Source of the DNA: Malacoraja senta
Lineage: Eukaryota
Assembly: GCA_038087875.1 (NCBI GenBank)
Contig: CM075988.1
Coordinates: 10,914,001 to 10,978,000, forward strand
DNA: 64,000 bases
Direction of reading: 5' to 3'
Every line of letters begins with the position of its first letter. Within the stretch, counting starts at the first letter, position 1. The notes below the pieces were generated by a model, which saw only the letters and a list, made by a program, of their open reading frames with translations, was not told the DNA's origin and searched no databases. Below, piece by piece: positions 13,601 through 26,470 of the stretch. The translations under genes and the position numbers were made by a program.

Positions 13601-14937
13601 TGCTGTCTTGTCTTGCTCAAATATGTGCCATAGACATATCTACGGATTACACAATATTACCACTGTTCTCGGATTGTGAAATTGTATGCAATATTTTCCA
13701 AATGTTTTTTACTCAAGATCCACGTATTCTGCCAGTTATTTCATCTATCTCCATATCTAATTGTCTTTAAAGTATAAGTGGAAGTGGTGGGTTACCAATC
13801 AGATTTCTAGTGCAATATTGTGAATAGCAGATTATCCCGAAACACAAAGGATATATAGTATTAGTACTTTTACCTGTAGAGGCTAACATGGCAAAATGAT
13901 ATCCAATGTGGGCAATAAGCACTGACAAACATAATGTGTGAAGGGAAGTGATGTGTTGGGCTATGTCAAAGTAGTTAAAAGTCAATCAAGTTGTGTGTGA
14001 TTGGACCCCAGCAAATAGACAGCATTGTTTTCCTATTGTAAGGGACATGAGTGGATGTTTAGAACAGTCTGACAGCTTCAAGGTTGCTTCTCCTGACACT
14101 GGAATGTTTTCATAATTTATTCAAAGTTATCATCTTAAAACTTCATAGGATGGGAGCAGGTCCTTTGGTCCAATTAGTCGATGCCATCCAAGATCCCCCA
14201 ACTAAGCTAGTCCCATTTACCTGTGCTTGGCCCATTATCATTAACTTTTTAATCCATGTAGCAGTTTAAATATCTTTTAAATGTTGTTATTGTGCCTGAA
14301 TCAACTACTTTCTCTGGTAGCTTGTTCTACATACCTATCACCCTCCATGTGAAAAATAATTGTGACATGATATCCCATTCTCTATAACATTGAAAGAGAC
14401 TTGCTTAACCAGCTCCTCCAAATGGAAATGTTTGACATGTCTGGTCTATGTAGCAAAGGGCACAGAAAAGGGGTGAAGGAGTGCAGAGAAACTCTGGTAG
14501 ATTGATTCCCAGCGTGTTGGAGAAATAAAACTCTCTGATTATCTACTGTCTGGAGATTAGTTGAAAGATCTAATTTCTGTTGACCGACAAATTAAAGGTC
14601 TTGACAAGGTAGTTGTGGAGTTAATGTGTCCTCTGGCTAGGATGTCTAAAACCAGGGAGTCATAATCTCAGAATGAGGTCAGTCTTTCAGGACTGAGATG
14701 AGGAAAAAGTTATTTTCCACCCAGTGCAGTAAATCTTTTTGGAATGTGCTGTTCCAGAAAGGTGTAGCGGCTCAGTACTGAATACATTCCTTATATCTTT
14801 TGGACATGAAACAAATCCAGGAGCATATGAGATTCAAGCAGAAATATAGCTATGTGGTTAAAAGCCAAGGATCGCCTTCTCTAATGGTGGAGAAGATGGA
14901 AGCAATCTAACAGTGAGCAGGAAGATATGGCCTATTA

Positions 14938-15575
14938 AAGGCCTGTCTCACGAGTCTGCGGTCATTGACGGCGAAACAGGAAAAATCTACCGCTCCTAGG
15001 CCACCATAGACCACGCACTCGGTCAAACGCACAATTCCGGGGCCATGCGGCTTTGTTCCCAACACCGCACGGTGCTAAAATAAAACCAACACTGTTCAAA
15101 AATATGTCCCTACCGCACAGCCTCCGCCAGTGAGGCACGAGTGCGGCACGGCCACAGCCGCCGCCAGTGTGGCACGAGCGCCGTGCGTCGAGCTTGCACC
15201 GCCACAGCCTCCACCAGTGAGGCACGATCGCCGCCACAGCCACCGCTACAGCGCCGCGATCAGCACAGCCGCCGCCACAGCCGCAGCTAGTGAGTCACGT
15301 GTGCGGCACGGCTGCCGCCACAGCCGCCGCGACCAGCACGGCCGCCGCCACAGCCCCGCAGATCCAAAATGACGTCATTGCAGTTGGCCCGCCCTTTTTT
15401 TAAACTTACCGCAAGCATGTGGGACCAGCCGTATTTAAATCACTCGGCCCCTGCGCAGCATTCGTGCGGCGCTCCCGTGGCATAGGCTCGGCGCTCTCGC
15501 CGTTGCCGTGCGGTCCCCTCTACAGGCGAAGCCGCGCTTCACCGCCGATGACCGCAACACCGTGAGACAGAGCCT
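14938..15575. mobile_element. GC/CpG-rich Harbinger-type non-autonomous element
   Basis: Imperfect TIR aaggcctgtctcacg / cgtgagacagagcct; TTA on both flanks; internal ccacagccgccgcc repeats. Confidence 0.7.
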
Positions 15576-15789
15576 TTAGTGTTCGTGAGAATTGGATACA
15601 AATTCAAAGATAAAATCTATGGAAAATATCAATGTAGTAATTTTCCATTTGGGGATTTTTTTTTTAAATGGTTTGAATGTTCATGGGAATTGATTTTATT
15701 CAAAGGAAAAATCTTAAAAGAAAATATTGATATACCAGAGATATTGTTAAATAATTGATCGGTGCAGTAGCCACTGCCATGTTACAGGT

Positions 15790-16085
15790 TTGTTTCAGTT
15801 TAGGTTCAGTTTAGTATATTGTCACTTGTACTGAGGTACAGTGAAAAGCTTTTGTTGTGTGCTAACCAGTCATTGGTAAGACAATACAAGATTACAACTG
15901 AGCCATTTACAATGTATAGATACATGATAAGGAATAACATTTAGTGCAAGATAAAGCCAATAAAGTCCAATCAAAGATGGTCTGAGAGTCAACAATGAGT
16001 TAGTGGTTCAGGACTGCTCTCTAGATGTGGTAGGATGATGCAGTTGCCTGATAACAGCTGGGAAGAAACTGTCCCTGAATCTGGC
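15790..16085 (-). mobile_element. Rex1-like LINE 3' UTR fragment
   Basis: Matches the 3' part of the 33570-34180 element (gttgcctgataacagctgggaagaa.ctgtccctgaatctgg). Confidence 0.65.
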
Positions 16086-16284
16086 ACAGTTATGTTCCCA
16101 GAAAACCATCTATGTTGCAACTTTGTCATGTGAAACAGCATAATTTGCACATGTGTGAAGAAACACTAGTTTAGAAAAATAAGTAAATACAAAATATATT
16201 TACTGTTTCATAAATTATGTAAGAACAAATTTTATGTTGTACCTCAAATCTTTTGAATAGAGATTTGGTAATTTGTTCTTACAG

Positions 16285-16324
16285 AATTCACATGACCTGC
16301 ATGGGTGTTACGCGACGATTGTCT
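16285..16324 (+). CDS. Candidate 40-nt coding exon (IHMTCMGVTRRLS)
   Basis: ttgttcttacag acceptor; TCT|gtaatt donor; retains CpGs; phase 2-0 links the 10607 and 18420 candidates in frame. Confidence 0.28.
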
Positions 16325-16798
16325 GTAATTTAGTCTCTTCCTTTACTTCTCTCCTTGTGGCAATTTTTTTTTTTTTTTAATCAGCTTTTACTTTCTGTAT
16401 GATTTTGTGTACTGCCTTGGCATGCTCTGAGATTATGATCAAAATGAGATAACGGTTCCAGATCTTGCTTTGCCTCCTTGTATTTAAAAAAATGAAAGTT
16501 TTTCGAATGGAAAAGTCGGCCTCTTATATATCATGTTTATAGATAACCATTCAAAGCAAACTCGTGTAATCTATATTACTAAAAGTCTGATCTTGACCGC
16601 TTTTGGCTCGCTGTGCTGCGATTTCCGAGAGAACGCCGCCACCTACGGCCGTCATATTGGGCCACCTCGCTCAGAGCCCCCCTCCGCCTTCTGCGACCAG
16701 AGGATTTTTCCCATTGATGAAATATCAGAGATATATTAATGTTTTTTGAAAAAATTGCCATTCTCTCTGCTGCCCCTGCTGGAGGAAGGGGGAGGGAC

Positions 16799-16913
16799 TA
16801 TAAAACCAGGAAGAGGTGTGCCTCACTTAGTCGCTGCAAGATGGAGGAAGTCAGAGGGTCACGTCTCTGTGAGCTCTGAATAACACTGAATACATGTCTA
16901 CTCAACTGTGAGT
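16799..16913 (+). promoter_or_regulatory. Putative core promoter + first exon inside the Helitron (copy A)
   Basis: TATAAAA 16799-16805; Inr-like TTAGTC with its A at 16829 (30 nt from the TATA start); ATGTCTACTCAACT|GTGAGT donor at 16908. Confidence 0.4.
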
Positions 16914-16942
16914 CCCCTTAATGTGGTTTGAAAATGAAAATA

Positions 16943-17375
16943 TGGTTGGTTTGAAGTAAAAATGCACTGCAAATGGTTGTTTGGGTTGAAGTAAAAATGC
17001 ACTGCTAATGGTTGTTTGGGTTGAAGTAAAAATGCACTGCTAATGGTTGTTTGGGGGGGGTTTGGGTTGAAGTAAAAATGCACTGCAAAGGGTAGTTTGG
17101 TTTTTTTGGGGTTGAAGTGAAAAGGCACTGCAAAGGGTTGTTGGGGGGGGGATGGGTTGAAGTAAAAATACACTGCAAATGGTTGTTTGGGTTGAAGTAA
17201 AAATGCACTGCAAATGGTTGTTTGGGATGAAGTAAAAATGCACTGCAAATGGTTGTTTGGGTTGAAGTAAAAATGCACTGCAAATGTTTGTTTGGGTTGA
17301 AGTAAAAATGTACTGCAAATGGTTGTTTGGGCAGGGTTTGGGTTGAAGTGAAAAGGCACTGCAAAGGGTTGTTTG
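16943..17375. repeat. About 35-bp minisatellite, about 11 copies
   Basis: Unit ggttgaagtaaaaatgcactgcaaatggttgtttg repeated head-to-tail. Confidence 0.95.
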
Positions 17376-17607
17376 TCTAAACTTGACAATTTCCTGTTTG
17401 CACTATATTGATTTTAGGTAAAACGCTACCACTTACGGCTGTGATTTTTCCCCATCTTACTCAGTCCCCCTCTGCTGATCAGGTGCAGAGGATTCTTCCC
17501 ATCAATGAAAAATAAAAGTGTTATTAGTGTTTAAAAAATGTTGAGAATCTCTCTCCTGTCAATCACGCCATGAAGGCCACACCTTTTCTGGTGGAAGGGG
17601 GAGGGAT

Positions 17608-17725
17608 TATAAAACCTGGAAGTGTGGGTGTGTCTCGGTCTCTGTATGATGGGGGAGGGAGAGGTCACAACTCTGTCTGAGCTGTGAATCAACTGAACAC
17701 ACTGAATGTCTACTGAACTGTGAGT
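17608..17725 (+). promoter_or_regulatory. Putative core promoter + first exon inside the Helitron (copy B)
   Basis: TATAAAA 17608-17614; ATGTCTACTGAACT|GTGAGT donor at 17720; diverged duplicate of copy A. Confidence 0.35.
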
Positions 17726-17756
17726 GGTGTTTTGTGTGGTTTTATGGTGGTTTCAC

Positions 17757-17965
17757 CTTGCTTGAAATGGTATGAAACTGCATTTGAATGTTGTGGCCTT
17801 GCACCCTGCATGAAATGGTATGAAACTGCATTTGAATGTGGTGTCGTTGCACCCTGCATGAAATGGTATGAAACTGCATTTGAATTTGGTGGCCTTGCAC
17901 CCTTCTTGAATGGTATGAAACTGCACTTGAATTTGGTGGCCTTGCACTCTGCTTGAAATGGAATT
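17757..17965. repeat. About 48-bp minisatellite, about 4 copies
   Basis: Unit tgaaatggtatgaaactgcatttgaat..ggtggccttgcaccctgca. Confidence 0.9.
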
Positions 17966-18419
17966 TCAAGGAATAGCCGTGAGTCAACTGCCAGCCCTCC
18001 AGCCGCGAGTGAGCTGCCTGCACATCAGGCTTGAGGGACTGAGCTGCCACCCCAAGGATCCATTTGGCCCACAATGTCCATACTAGCCCTCTGGAGACCA
18101 GTAGTCCCTGCAGCGAACAACACCCATACCAGCTCTCCAGAAAGCCCCCCCCCCCCCACTGGCCACCAAAATTGGAATTGGTGGAGAGGTGGAATATTGC
18201 GTCGGGGGAACTGCCCTCCCGTGTGAACATGGGACCCAATGGGTCCCACTTAGTCTAGTATAGATTTAAGATGTTGTGGATCAATTAATAGTAATATATT
18301 TTCAGACCTTCCCTCTTTCACTTTAATGGGAAAGTTCCAATGTTTGACTTCACATAACGTGGTAAAGGAATTATTTTCATTGATGGATCATAATAACTAT
18401 CTTGATGACATGGTTTCAG

Positions 18420-18510
18420 TATATTATAGACTCTGCAGGTTTTGCTATTGAAGACGTTCGCCCCTTTGGGGATGAACAGTGGAGTTCTTTGGATGTGAAC
18501 TGCCTCAAAT
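18420..18510 (+). CDS. Candidate coding exon (YIIDSAGFAIEDVRPFGDEQWSSLDVNCLK)
   Basis: Open, protein-like frame in non-repeat DNA; tttcag acceptor (alternatives at 18430 and 18439); AAT|gtgggt donor (alternative at 18515). Confidence 0.45.
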
Positions 18511-19039
18511 GTGGGTCATGTTTTTTTTTTTTGCCATATATAATTGAGCACAATGAAATACAGAAATTAACGCTGTGCAGTTTTATTGTAAAAATGGTGA
18601 AATACAAATCACAGGGGGCTCGGGCACTGCAATGAGATAATGTCTTACACATGCTTTGTCCTTTAAAACCTCTGCTACATAATTAAATGAAGTTTTCACT
18701 GAATTAGAATGCAAAACTAAATGTATTGCAGAATTTCATTTTCCCTGTTAACCACTCACAAGCTTTGATGAGTCTTATTGTTTCAGACATCCATTGTCTC
18801 CTTGCTAGAATTATTAATACACTTTCCTTATGAAATTAACTTTGTATAAAGCATCTGCAGGGAAATAGAGGGCACTGTTATTAAATAACAATGAATTGTA
18901 TCTTCCAATAACTGGATATATCCTGAAGCTGCTGCGGAGAACTGCTCTCTGGCTATACTTATACCTTCCAGCATTATCTAGGTTTAAACATCCAGTGGGA
19001 AGATAAGATAATTCCTCTTGTATGTTTAATAGGAGAGGG

Positions 19040-20153
19040 TTATCATGTGCAACTGGCTGGCAAACAGGAAGCAAAGAGTAGGAGTAAACGGGTCCTTTTC
19101 ACAATGGCAGGCAGTGACTAGTGGGGTACCGCAAGGCTCAGTGCTGGGACCCCAGCTATTTACAATTTATATTAATGATCTGGACGAGGGAATTGAAAGC
19201 AACATCTCCAAGTTTGCAGATGACACTAAGCTGGGGGGCAGTGTTAGCTGTGAGGAGGATGCTAGGAGACTGCAAGGTGACTTGGATAGGCTGGGTGAGT
19301 GGGCAAATGTTTGGCAGATGCAGTATAATGTGGATAAATGTGAGGTTATCCACTTTGGTGGCAAAAACGGGAAGGCAGACTATTATCTAAATGGTGGCCG
19401 ATTAGGAAATGGGGAGATGCAGCGAGACCTGGGTGTCATGGTACACCAGTCATTGAAAGTAGGCATGCAGGTGCAGCAGGCAGTGAAGAAAGCGAATGGT
19501 ATGTTGGCCTTCATAGCAAGAGGATTTGAGTATAGGAGCAGGGAGGTTCTACTGCAGTTGTACAGGGTCTTGGTGAGACCACACCTGGAGTATTGCGTAC
19601 AGTTTTGGTCTCCAAATCTGAGGAAGGACATTATAGCCATAGAGGGAGTGCAGAGAAGGTTCACCAGACTGATTCCTGGGATGTCAGGACTTTCAAACGA
19701 AGAAGAAAGACTGGATAGACTTGGCTTATACTCGCTAGAATTTAGGAGATTGAGAGGGGATCTTATAGAAACGTACAAAATTCTTATGGGGTTGGACAGG
19801 CTAGATGCAGGAAGATTGTTCCCGATGTTGGGGAAGTCCAGGACAAGGGGTCACAGCTTAAGGATAAGGGGGAAATCCTTTAAGACCGAGATGAGGAAAA
19901 ACATTTTCACACAGAGAGTGGTGAATCTCAGGAACTCTCTGCCACAGAGGGTAGTTGAGGCCAGTTCATTGGCTATATTTAAGAGGGAGTTAGATGTGGC
20001 CCTTGTGGCTAAAGGGATCAGGGGGTATGGAGAGAAGGCAGGTACGGGATACTGAGTTGGATGATCAGCCATGATCATATTGAATGGCGGTGCAGGCTCG
20101 AAAGGCCGAATGGCCTACTCCTGCATCTATTTTCTATGTATTCTATGTATTCT
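19040..20153 (+). mobile_element. CR1 LINE, 5'-truncated, young; uninterrupted 336-aa RT C-terminal ORF (19045-20055)
   Basis: [41 protein letters not shown] motifs; tail ttctatgtattctatgtattcta. Confidence 0.95.
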
Positions 20154-20310
20154 AAGTGACCAAATGTGACTCTGAACTGCTGAGTCTTAAAGTCATAAAG
20201 CACAGAAATAGGCCCCTTGGCCTGGTGAGTCCATCAAGCACCAGCCTTTATACTATTTCTACCTGATTCTGCACCAGTTAACCAAACAAGCTGAAGCTAT
20301 ATAACCAATG

Positions 20311-20496
20311 TAATAAAAAGGAACTTCAGATGTTTTTTTTATACAAAGATGGACACAAAATACTGGAGTAAAAGAGCAGGTCAGGCAGCAACTCTGGGAA
20401 AAAATGAATAGGTGACCGTTTGTTCAGACTAAAAATATTATATCGCCAAAATACTGTATAATATATATTGTATAATGTACTATATAATATAGCATA
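20311..20496 (-). mobile_element. Short Penelope-derived insertion with AT-rich filler
   Basis: 14-bp direct repeat ctatataaccaatg at 20297-20310 and 20497-20510; pLTR-like body 20311-20430. Confidence 0.65.
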
Positions 20497-20534
20497 CTAT
20501 ATAACCAATGGACATCCGGTAATATACAGCATTT

Positions 20535-20975
20535 GACGGCCCTAGGCTTGTACTCGCTGGAGTTTAGAAGTATGAGGGAGGACCCCACTGAAATGTACTA
20601 CATAGTGAGAGGCTTGGATCGAGTGAGTGTGGAGAGGGTGTTTCCACTGGTGGGAAGAGTCCAGGACTAGATGTTATAGCCTCAGAATTAAATGATGTTC
20701 CTCCAGGAAGGAGATGAGGAGGAATTTATTTAGTCGGAGGATAGAGAATCTGTGGAATGCTTTGCCATTGAAGGCTTTGGAGGCCAAGTCAATGGATATT
20801 TTTGAGGCAGAGATAGGTAGATTCTTGATTAGTATGAAATTTGGGCATTATGGGGGGGGGGGGGTGGCAGGATAATGGGGTTAGGAGGGAAAGATAGATT
20901 AGCCATGATTGAAAGGCAGAGTAGTCTTGATGGGCCGAATAGCGTAATTCTGCTTCTATCACTTAGGACCTTATG
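20535..20975 (+). mobile_element. CR1 LINE 3' fragment
   Basis: ggcttgtactcgctggagtttagaag... plus CR1 3' UTR. Confidence 0.8.
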
Positions 20976-22582
20976 AGTTTGCCTTGGACAGTGTACCTTA
21001 AGGTCACAACCATCCAGATAACTGGTAGCTTCGGATAGCTCATTGGCAAGCAAAGGATGTAAAAGCTTTTTATATTTTTAGTTTTCTCAGTTAAATATTC
21101 AGTGACTGCTGTAATTAAAAGTTATGAAATATTTAAAGCATTTCAAATCTCTATGTTAGCAAATGCTTAATGATCTGAAATCTAATTGCTCAGCCTGCAT
21201 TATCCTGAATGTACTTTCTCATACTTGCAGCTAAGTCGTTTCCCTACCTGGTCTTTATCCGCAAGGTCACCAATCCTTTTTAGGGACAGGGAGTCTCTGC
21301 TCCTTCACCCGTCCTCCCTGGCACCAAGCTGAATGCTGGGCATCTGTGCCTTACATTCAATGAATTACTGAGTCTCCTTTGGATTCAGTTGGTGTGACCT
21401 GTGATGGAGTAGACACTCAAATTCACTGCCATCTGACATTTAGGATGATCCTGAGATATGCTTGGAACACTTGGTTACCAGCTAGCATAGCACACCTCCA
21501 TATCTTCATTTCTAATAACTTGTATAAACAAAGGGCGCTAGTTCCATTATGGAAAAGATTGAGCAATAAAGATTGACTTGCTGGAGAAACTCAACAGGTC
21601 AAGCCCCATCTATGCAATGACATCTGTGGAAGATTAGTAAGGTTGCAGGGAGATGGCAGGAGATTTGGATTGAGAAGGAAATGTAGATCCGCCATGATCG
21701 AATGGTAGAGCAAACTCAATGGGCCAATTGGCCCAATTCTGCTCGTAAGTCTTATGACATGGAGAGTTGATGCTACAGGTTTGAACTATTCTACTGGATC
21801 CCCCCCTCCCCATAGTCCATGCATCACCCTACTTTCCTACTGGTTTCCTTAATCCGCATCCCTTAGTTGCCTCCACCTATCACCTCTCGGACTGTCACTT
21901 TTTCCTCTCTTCAATCTTCCACCTAACTCTGTCAGTCAACCCCTCACCTGGTTACACGTATTGCTTGCCAGCTCTTGTCCAACCCCTTCTCCTTATCTCT
22001 TTACACTGGATATCTCCCTTCTGCTGTCAGTTCAGAGGAACAGGGCCCAATCTAAATTGCCGACAGTCTATTTCCCTCCATAGATTGTGCATGACTCGAA
22101 TTCCTCCAGCAGAATGTTGCTCCACATTCCAGCATCTGCAGCCTCTTTTCTCCATGGAAAAAATATTAAATCATTCTCGTTCTACTTTGTTTTAAAAGAT
22201 ATCCCAGACTGGCTCTGAGAGTTATCCATGTCTATTTGTAAAAACAGCTTTTTTTTAACGGTGATATTTATTTTCTGGAATACACTGCTGTCGGCAAAAC
22301 ACTAAAAGATTGTAAAATTAGGTGAATGCTTGGACATGAGACTAAAATATTATCAATGAATATAATTTTGTCCCAATTTTAATGACTGAGAATAGAGGGA
22401 TATGGATCACATGCAGGCAGAGATTAGTCTAACTTGGCATCATGTGCTGCACTGATCCCCGCTCATCTTTCATTTATGATAAATATGATGTAACAAATTG
22501 TGAAATACTGAGTGCTCCAGGCTACTTACCAAACTACCAAAATATCCTGCATGATTTGATATTTCTACATTTTATCTTCCAG

Positions 22583-22625
22583 GATCTTGGTAACATTTCC
22601 TCCTTTGCAAGATGGTGACCCATTG
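22583..22625 (+). CDS. Candidate 43-nt coding exon (ILVTFPPLQDGDPL)
   Basis: Strong acceptor ttttatcttccag; TTG|gtgcgt donor; phase 2-0, in frame with the 51920 candidate. Confidence 0.4.
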
Positions 22626-25016
22626 GTGCGTTACCTGATTCATTGCAGCTTTTCATTTTAATTACCACCTTCTGACATGTTACCCATGTGGCCATCATTG
22701 GAAAAATTGAGTTTGACACTTGTTGCCAGACTGTTGGAGCCAAATACCATCCTTTTCGTATATTCAGTTAAGTCAGGATTTCTGGTTGCTAAGTACTTTG
22801 TCTCATTCCAAGTGCACCTCAGAGACCCATATGTCCCAGAGTTGTGGTCAGATAACATGGTGCGATTCAAGATACTAAACCTCTCTGGTTCTGATACAGA
22901 CCAAACTAAGATGCTAGCCATTGCCTTTGAGAAGCACATTGACTGTTTTGAAATCTAATCGAAGCTTAAAGTATTCATGTGTTTGATTGAATGCTAATTG
23001 TGTTTGAAAGAATTGTGCTCTTATAAAATTCTGATACAGATTTCCTAGTTCTCTTTTGTTACTGCTGGCACAAAATCAACTTAAACTTGATTAGTATTTG
23101 CACTGGGATATTACAACGAACTTAATTGCAAATGATCTGTCTTTATTGAAGCTTCAATTTTGCAGCCAACCTCTATCATATCTGATGGTTCAATTTGTCA
23201 GCCATTTCTGCTGATCATGGAGATTGTTATAAATACTGCATCTAAACAGCAGCTCCTTTATAGCATAACTGCACTGGTAACCATTTCAACTCATCCCCTT
23301 TTGTTTTTAACCACTTAATCATTTTTTTGCATTCCCCACTTGCATTCTTTGGGTCCAGCAATATTTCTATTCCATTGAAAATAAAACCCCACTTAAATGT
23401 GGAAGGAATGGGCCAGACCCTTACAATGAGCTGTGGGTCAGATGTTTGTGACCATTATTAGCTGTTGATCAAGTAAAGTTTCTACCTGTTCTTCCAACTG
23501 GAGCTCTCGGTTTAGTCCATTTTGATACAAACCGTTGTTTCAAAAAGACCTTGCACAACACGCAGAGATGAGGGTGTGAGGACACATACCTATCTAAAGT
23601 TAACATTTAGTGAATCTCTTTCTTAAAAAATATGTGCTTTAAGGCGTACTTAGAAATTTTGTAAAGATAAAACTATATCCAGCAAAGTCCTAAATCCAAA
23701 CAAAAACTAAAATTAAAATCAGAAAATATATAAATATTCAAAGAAAGTTGGAATTCATCAACGTGTACCTTCATTTCTGCATTTCTTTCCCTCTGAAATT
23801 TTCACCGATGGCAAATTCAACCTGATATAATACTTTAGTAGAGATTACCCACTTTTTGTGCTGGATAAATTCTATAAATTCAGACTGTCAGTGCTGGAGA
23901 AAGATTGGACTCTTGATTTGCAACAATTTGTTTTGCTTTTATTGGGAAATCTAAGTTTACTAAAGTTATGCAACTGTTGGAGTTCCCTACAAAACAAAAT
24001 TGAGTTACTCAAGATGAAGACAGAAAATACACAGCAGGTCAGGCAGCATCTGTGGAAAAGGAAGCAGAATCAGTGCCTTTTATCTGTTTCTTTCCACAGA
24101 TGCTCCTGAACTGGCCAGGTTTTCTTTTAATTCATCTTCCAACCATTTGCATATTTTGCTTTTCCATTTACTGGACCATTATATAGGTTTGTCTACACTA
24201 AAGAGGGAATGTGATGTTTTCAGTTTACAGCCTTAGCTTCTGTGTGCAGACTTTGCTGATATGCTTTATGCTAACTGTGGAGTACACTCCAGAGAAATAT
24301 TAACTATGACTGTTAAATTTGCCGCGAAGCTAAATGAATATTTTATTGATTTTTTTCCCTCCTTCATGAGAAAAAAAAAGTAGTTGGGGCGCCTCGCATC
24401 AGCTTTCCATGTTAAAAGAATGAAGTATAAGTTTTGAACAGAGTAAAGATGTCAGTCAGATATATTGAGATACGTCTGGTACAACCCTCCTAATTTCAAC
24501 ATTGATTTCTTCAAGCTTAACCTCAAGAATCTCAAAATAATCTACTTGCTGTTTTATTATTCTATCACTCTAAACTGTGAACAAATGGGATGGAAAGTTT
24601 GCAAACAGGTTAATTGATTTACACACAGGAACATCAAAGATAAAATCCTGTGCCAAATGACTAGAACAGAGGCAATTGAAATCCAAATAGAATTAACCTG
24701 AAATTTTGCAATATACACCTGAAATTTTAGATATTGTACTAGGGATATCTGCAATATGTGTAGATGATGCATATTATAGTGTCATAGTATAGTACAACAC
24801 TTCATAATTATTAATATAAAGGTGTACATTTTGCAGATTCACACAGTTTAATTGTAATACTATTCTTGACCTTTTCCAAACAGTAGATTTGTTTTATTTT
24901 GTGAGTTGTTCAATTAACAAAGTGATTGCTTGGAAATTCCAGTTCAAACATTTGGGTAATGTAAATCAGTGCGTCTAAAACATATCAATTAGGTCTCTAG
25001 TCCTCCCACTGAAAAC

Positions 25017-25427
25017 TTGAGCTGGAATTTAGAAGGATGAGAGGGCATCTTATAGAAGCATATACAATTCGTAAAGGATTGGACAGGTTAGATGCAGAAA
25101 AAAATGTTCCCGATTTTGGGGAGTCCAGAACCAGGGGTCACAGTTTAAGAATAAGGGGTAGGCCATGTAGGACTGAGCTGAGGAAAAACCTCTTCACCCA
25201 GAGAGTTATGAATCTGTGGAATTCTTTGCCACAGAAGGCAGTGGAGGCCAATTCACTGGATGTTTTCAAGAGAGTCAGATTTAGCTCTTCGGGCTAAATG
25301 AATCAAGGGATATGGGGTAAAAAGCAAGAATGGGATACTGATTTTAGATCAGCCATGATCATATTGAATGGAGGTGCTGGCTCGAACGGCCAAATGGCAT
25401 ACTCCTGCACCTATTTTTCTGTTTCCA
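25017..25427 (+). mobile_element. CR1 LINE 3' fragment
   Basis: RGHLIEAY...GESRTRGHSLRIRG...NLWNSLPQKAVEA. Confidence 0.85.
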
Positions 25428-26374
25428 TGAGCCTTGGACACATGTAACTGAACATCACATTTTTAGCACCAAACGCATGCTGCGTACAGTCCCATCCAAG
25501 GTTTGCTCAGTTTGGGTGAGAGCCAATTTGGGTTGTGGATGGCCAAGTAGGTTAGTGATAGAGGGAAGAATCAAGCTGGCATTGATGGAGTTGTCGGCGA
25601 CATGGAATTTGTTGGGCAATGGTTAAAGGTTTGGGGGAGAAAGGTGGTTTGTTCAAAAACAATGTTACATGACTGGATTAATATTATTCTAAGATCTATA
25701 AAATATTGAAAAGCCTTAACACTAAGAATGTAACTTTCTTAACCTTTGGCTTTTTGTTCCACTTTAAGTGTTGGGCGGAAGCTTGTTTCATGAAAAGGTT
25801 CAATATTTTTCCATTGCACTATTTCCAAGGCCTCTGGTGTGTACCTTTTTTTTCAGTTAAGGTCATTGTTGTTCAGACATTGGAACAGCTACTAATAGCT
25901 CAATTACTGAATTTCTGAGTCTTTACTCTTCAAATTGCATTGAAAACAAGGCTGATAACTACTCAACTCAGGGTATCTATTGCAGAACCTAGACGGGCAA
26001 TATTCATGCTGTGCGTGTGCCTTGTAATGGCCATATCAAACAAAGAAGGCTCCTTTCAGCTCCCTGTTCTGAATATACTAAAACCCCATTAAACTGGCAC
26101 CCTTAAGACTTTGGTGGTGCTGCTAAATTTTCAGGATGATTGAATATTGCTCCCATTCATACTGCAGCCCACTTTGGACTTGCTTTACTTTTTCATGTTC
26201 TACAGTAGTAGAATAAATGTTCCATTGTGGTACTATGGGGAAATGGGGAGCTGCTATCCTTCAAGGGAGCGTAGCAGAATTAGGTTAAAGTGAGTTTGAA
26301 GGGACTGCGTGAACCATCATCCGATGAGCCAGATGCTGAACCATTGACGTTTCTGATTAGCAGGAATCTGAATG

Positions 26375-26470
26375 CAGTCTGAAGATGGGGTCCAGCCCAA
26401 AACATTGCTTGTTCATTCCCTCCACAGATGCTGCCTGATCCTCTGAATTCTTCCAGCGCTTTGTGTTTGG
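26375..26470 (+). mobile_element. Short Penelope pLTR fragment with a degenerate hammerhead-like core
   Basis: cagtctgaaga...gcccaaaac followed by cacagatgctgcctga. Confidence 0.55.

Larger units (their letters stand above)
16570..18258 (+). mobile_element. Non-autonomous Helitron
   Basis: 5' TC (tctatattactaaaa) after an A; 3' CTAG (18255-18258) followed by T; subterminal hairpin tgggaccc-aat-gggtccca (18230-18248); no TSD; internal minisatellites. Confidence 0.85.

Noticed and set aside
16943..17375. CRISPR-like array of about 35-bp repeats
   Set aside because: Units are contiguous with no unique spacers, there are no cas genes, and the context is eukaryotic; it is a minisatellite in a Helitron
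16898..17389. Repetitive ORFs (163/119/92 aa) and 17720-17956
   Set aside because: By-products of stop-free tandem repeat units
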